A stretch of 63,007 nucleotides of DNA, the filler included, from Reticulomyxa filosa (Eukaryota > Protista > Foraminifera): the NCBI GenBank assembly GCA_000512085.1. It is 19 parts of 19 records of this genome, joined end to end, with 100 filler letters (N's around TTAATTAATTAA, not from the genome) between each part and the next. Parts side by side here need not be neighbours in the genome. Positions count along the whole stretch, not along the records: positions 61,995 to 63,007 come from ASPP01011221.1; 18 more parts are not named here. The stretch is one strand, 5' to 3'. The notes below the pieces were generated by a model, which saw nothing but the letters and a program-made list of their open reading frames with translations, was not told where the DNA came from and did not search any database. Shown piece by piece: positions 62,854 to 63,007 of the stretch. The stretch's first letter is position 1, and every line of letters begins with the position of its first letter. The translations under genes were made by a program, and so were the position numbers.

Positions 62854-63007
62854 ATGTCCATTCCGCGCCAATTTCTCACCCTGCCCTGGCTGCTGCCGCT
62901 GCCCGCACTGGCTACCGGTATCGAGCTGGACTTCATCGGACCGGAGCTGACAGGCGTTTACCAGGTACACGACGGCAAGGCCCAGGGCGAACTGGTGGTC
63001 ATGCTAC
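62854..63007 (+). CDS. Bacterial exported protein (signal peptide), possibly a periplasmic binding protein; truncated
   Basis: MSIPRQFLTLPWLLPLPALA|TGIELDFIGPELTGVYQVHDGKAQGELVVML, divergent from mpl. Confidence 0.5.
   Translation, partial: MSIPRQFLTLPWLLPLPALATGIELDFIGPELTGVYQVHDGKAQGELVVML

Overview
This window is not one locus. It is 19 short contigs joined by 18 artificial 100-nt linkers (N-run + TTAATTAATTAA + N-run). Seventeen contigs come from an AT-rich, intron-containing protist. Short GT-AG introns, poly-A/T runs, WD40, PPR and G-alpha content and many decayed genes resemble the foraminiferan Reticulomyxa filosa, but that identification is inference. Two contigs (21387-22572 and 61995-63007) are GC-rich bacterial DNA: tRNA-Lys + wzm/wzt, and mpl. 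Recognisable eukaryotic genes: a TLDc protein, a tandem-rhodanese sulfurtransferase, UAP1, an Era GTPase, G-alpha, a Patched-family protein, KIN17, a DUSP-domain USP fragment and a WD40 fragment. Mobile DNA: a TIR-bounded Tc1 element, a second Tc1-like TIR family, LINE fragments and a CRE-type (RLE) non-LTR retroelement. Most striking: (1) a degenerate, intronless kinesin motor domain upstream of the RT/RLE region of the CRE-type element; (2) a Patched-type RND protein whose second luminal loop carries HormR-, PAN- and GLG1-like Cys-rich modules; (3) a RanBP2-like zinc finger fused to UAP1; (4) a rhodanese with its catalytic Cys replaced by Ser; (5) two candidate structured RNAs, one hammerhead-like. 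All calls are by-eye motif recognition; no database searches were run.
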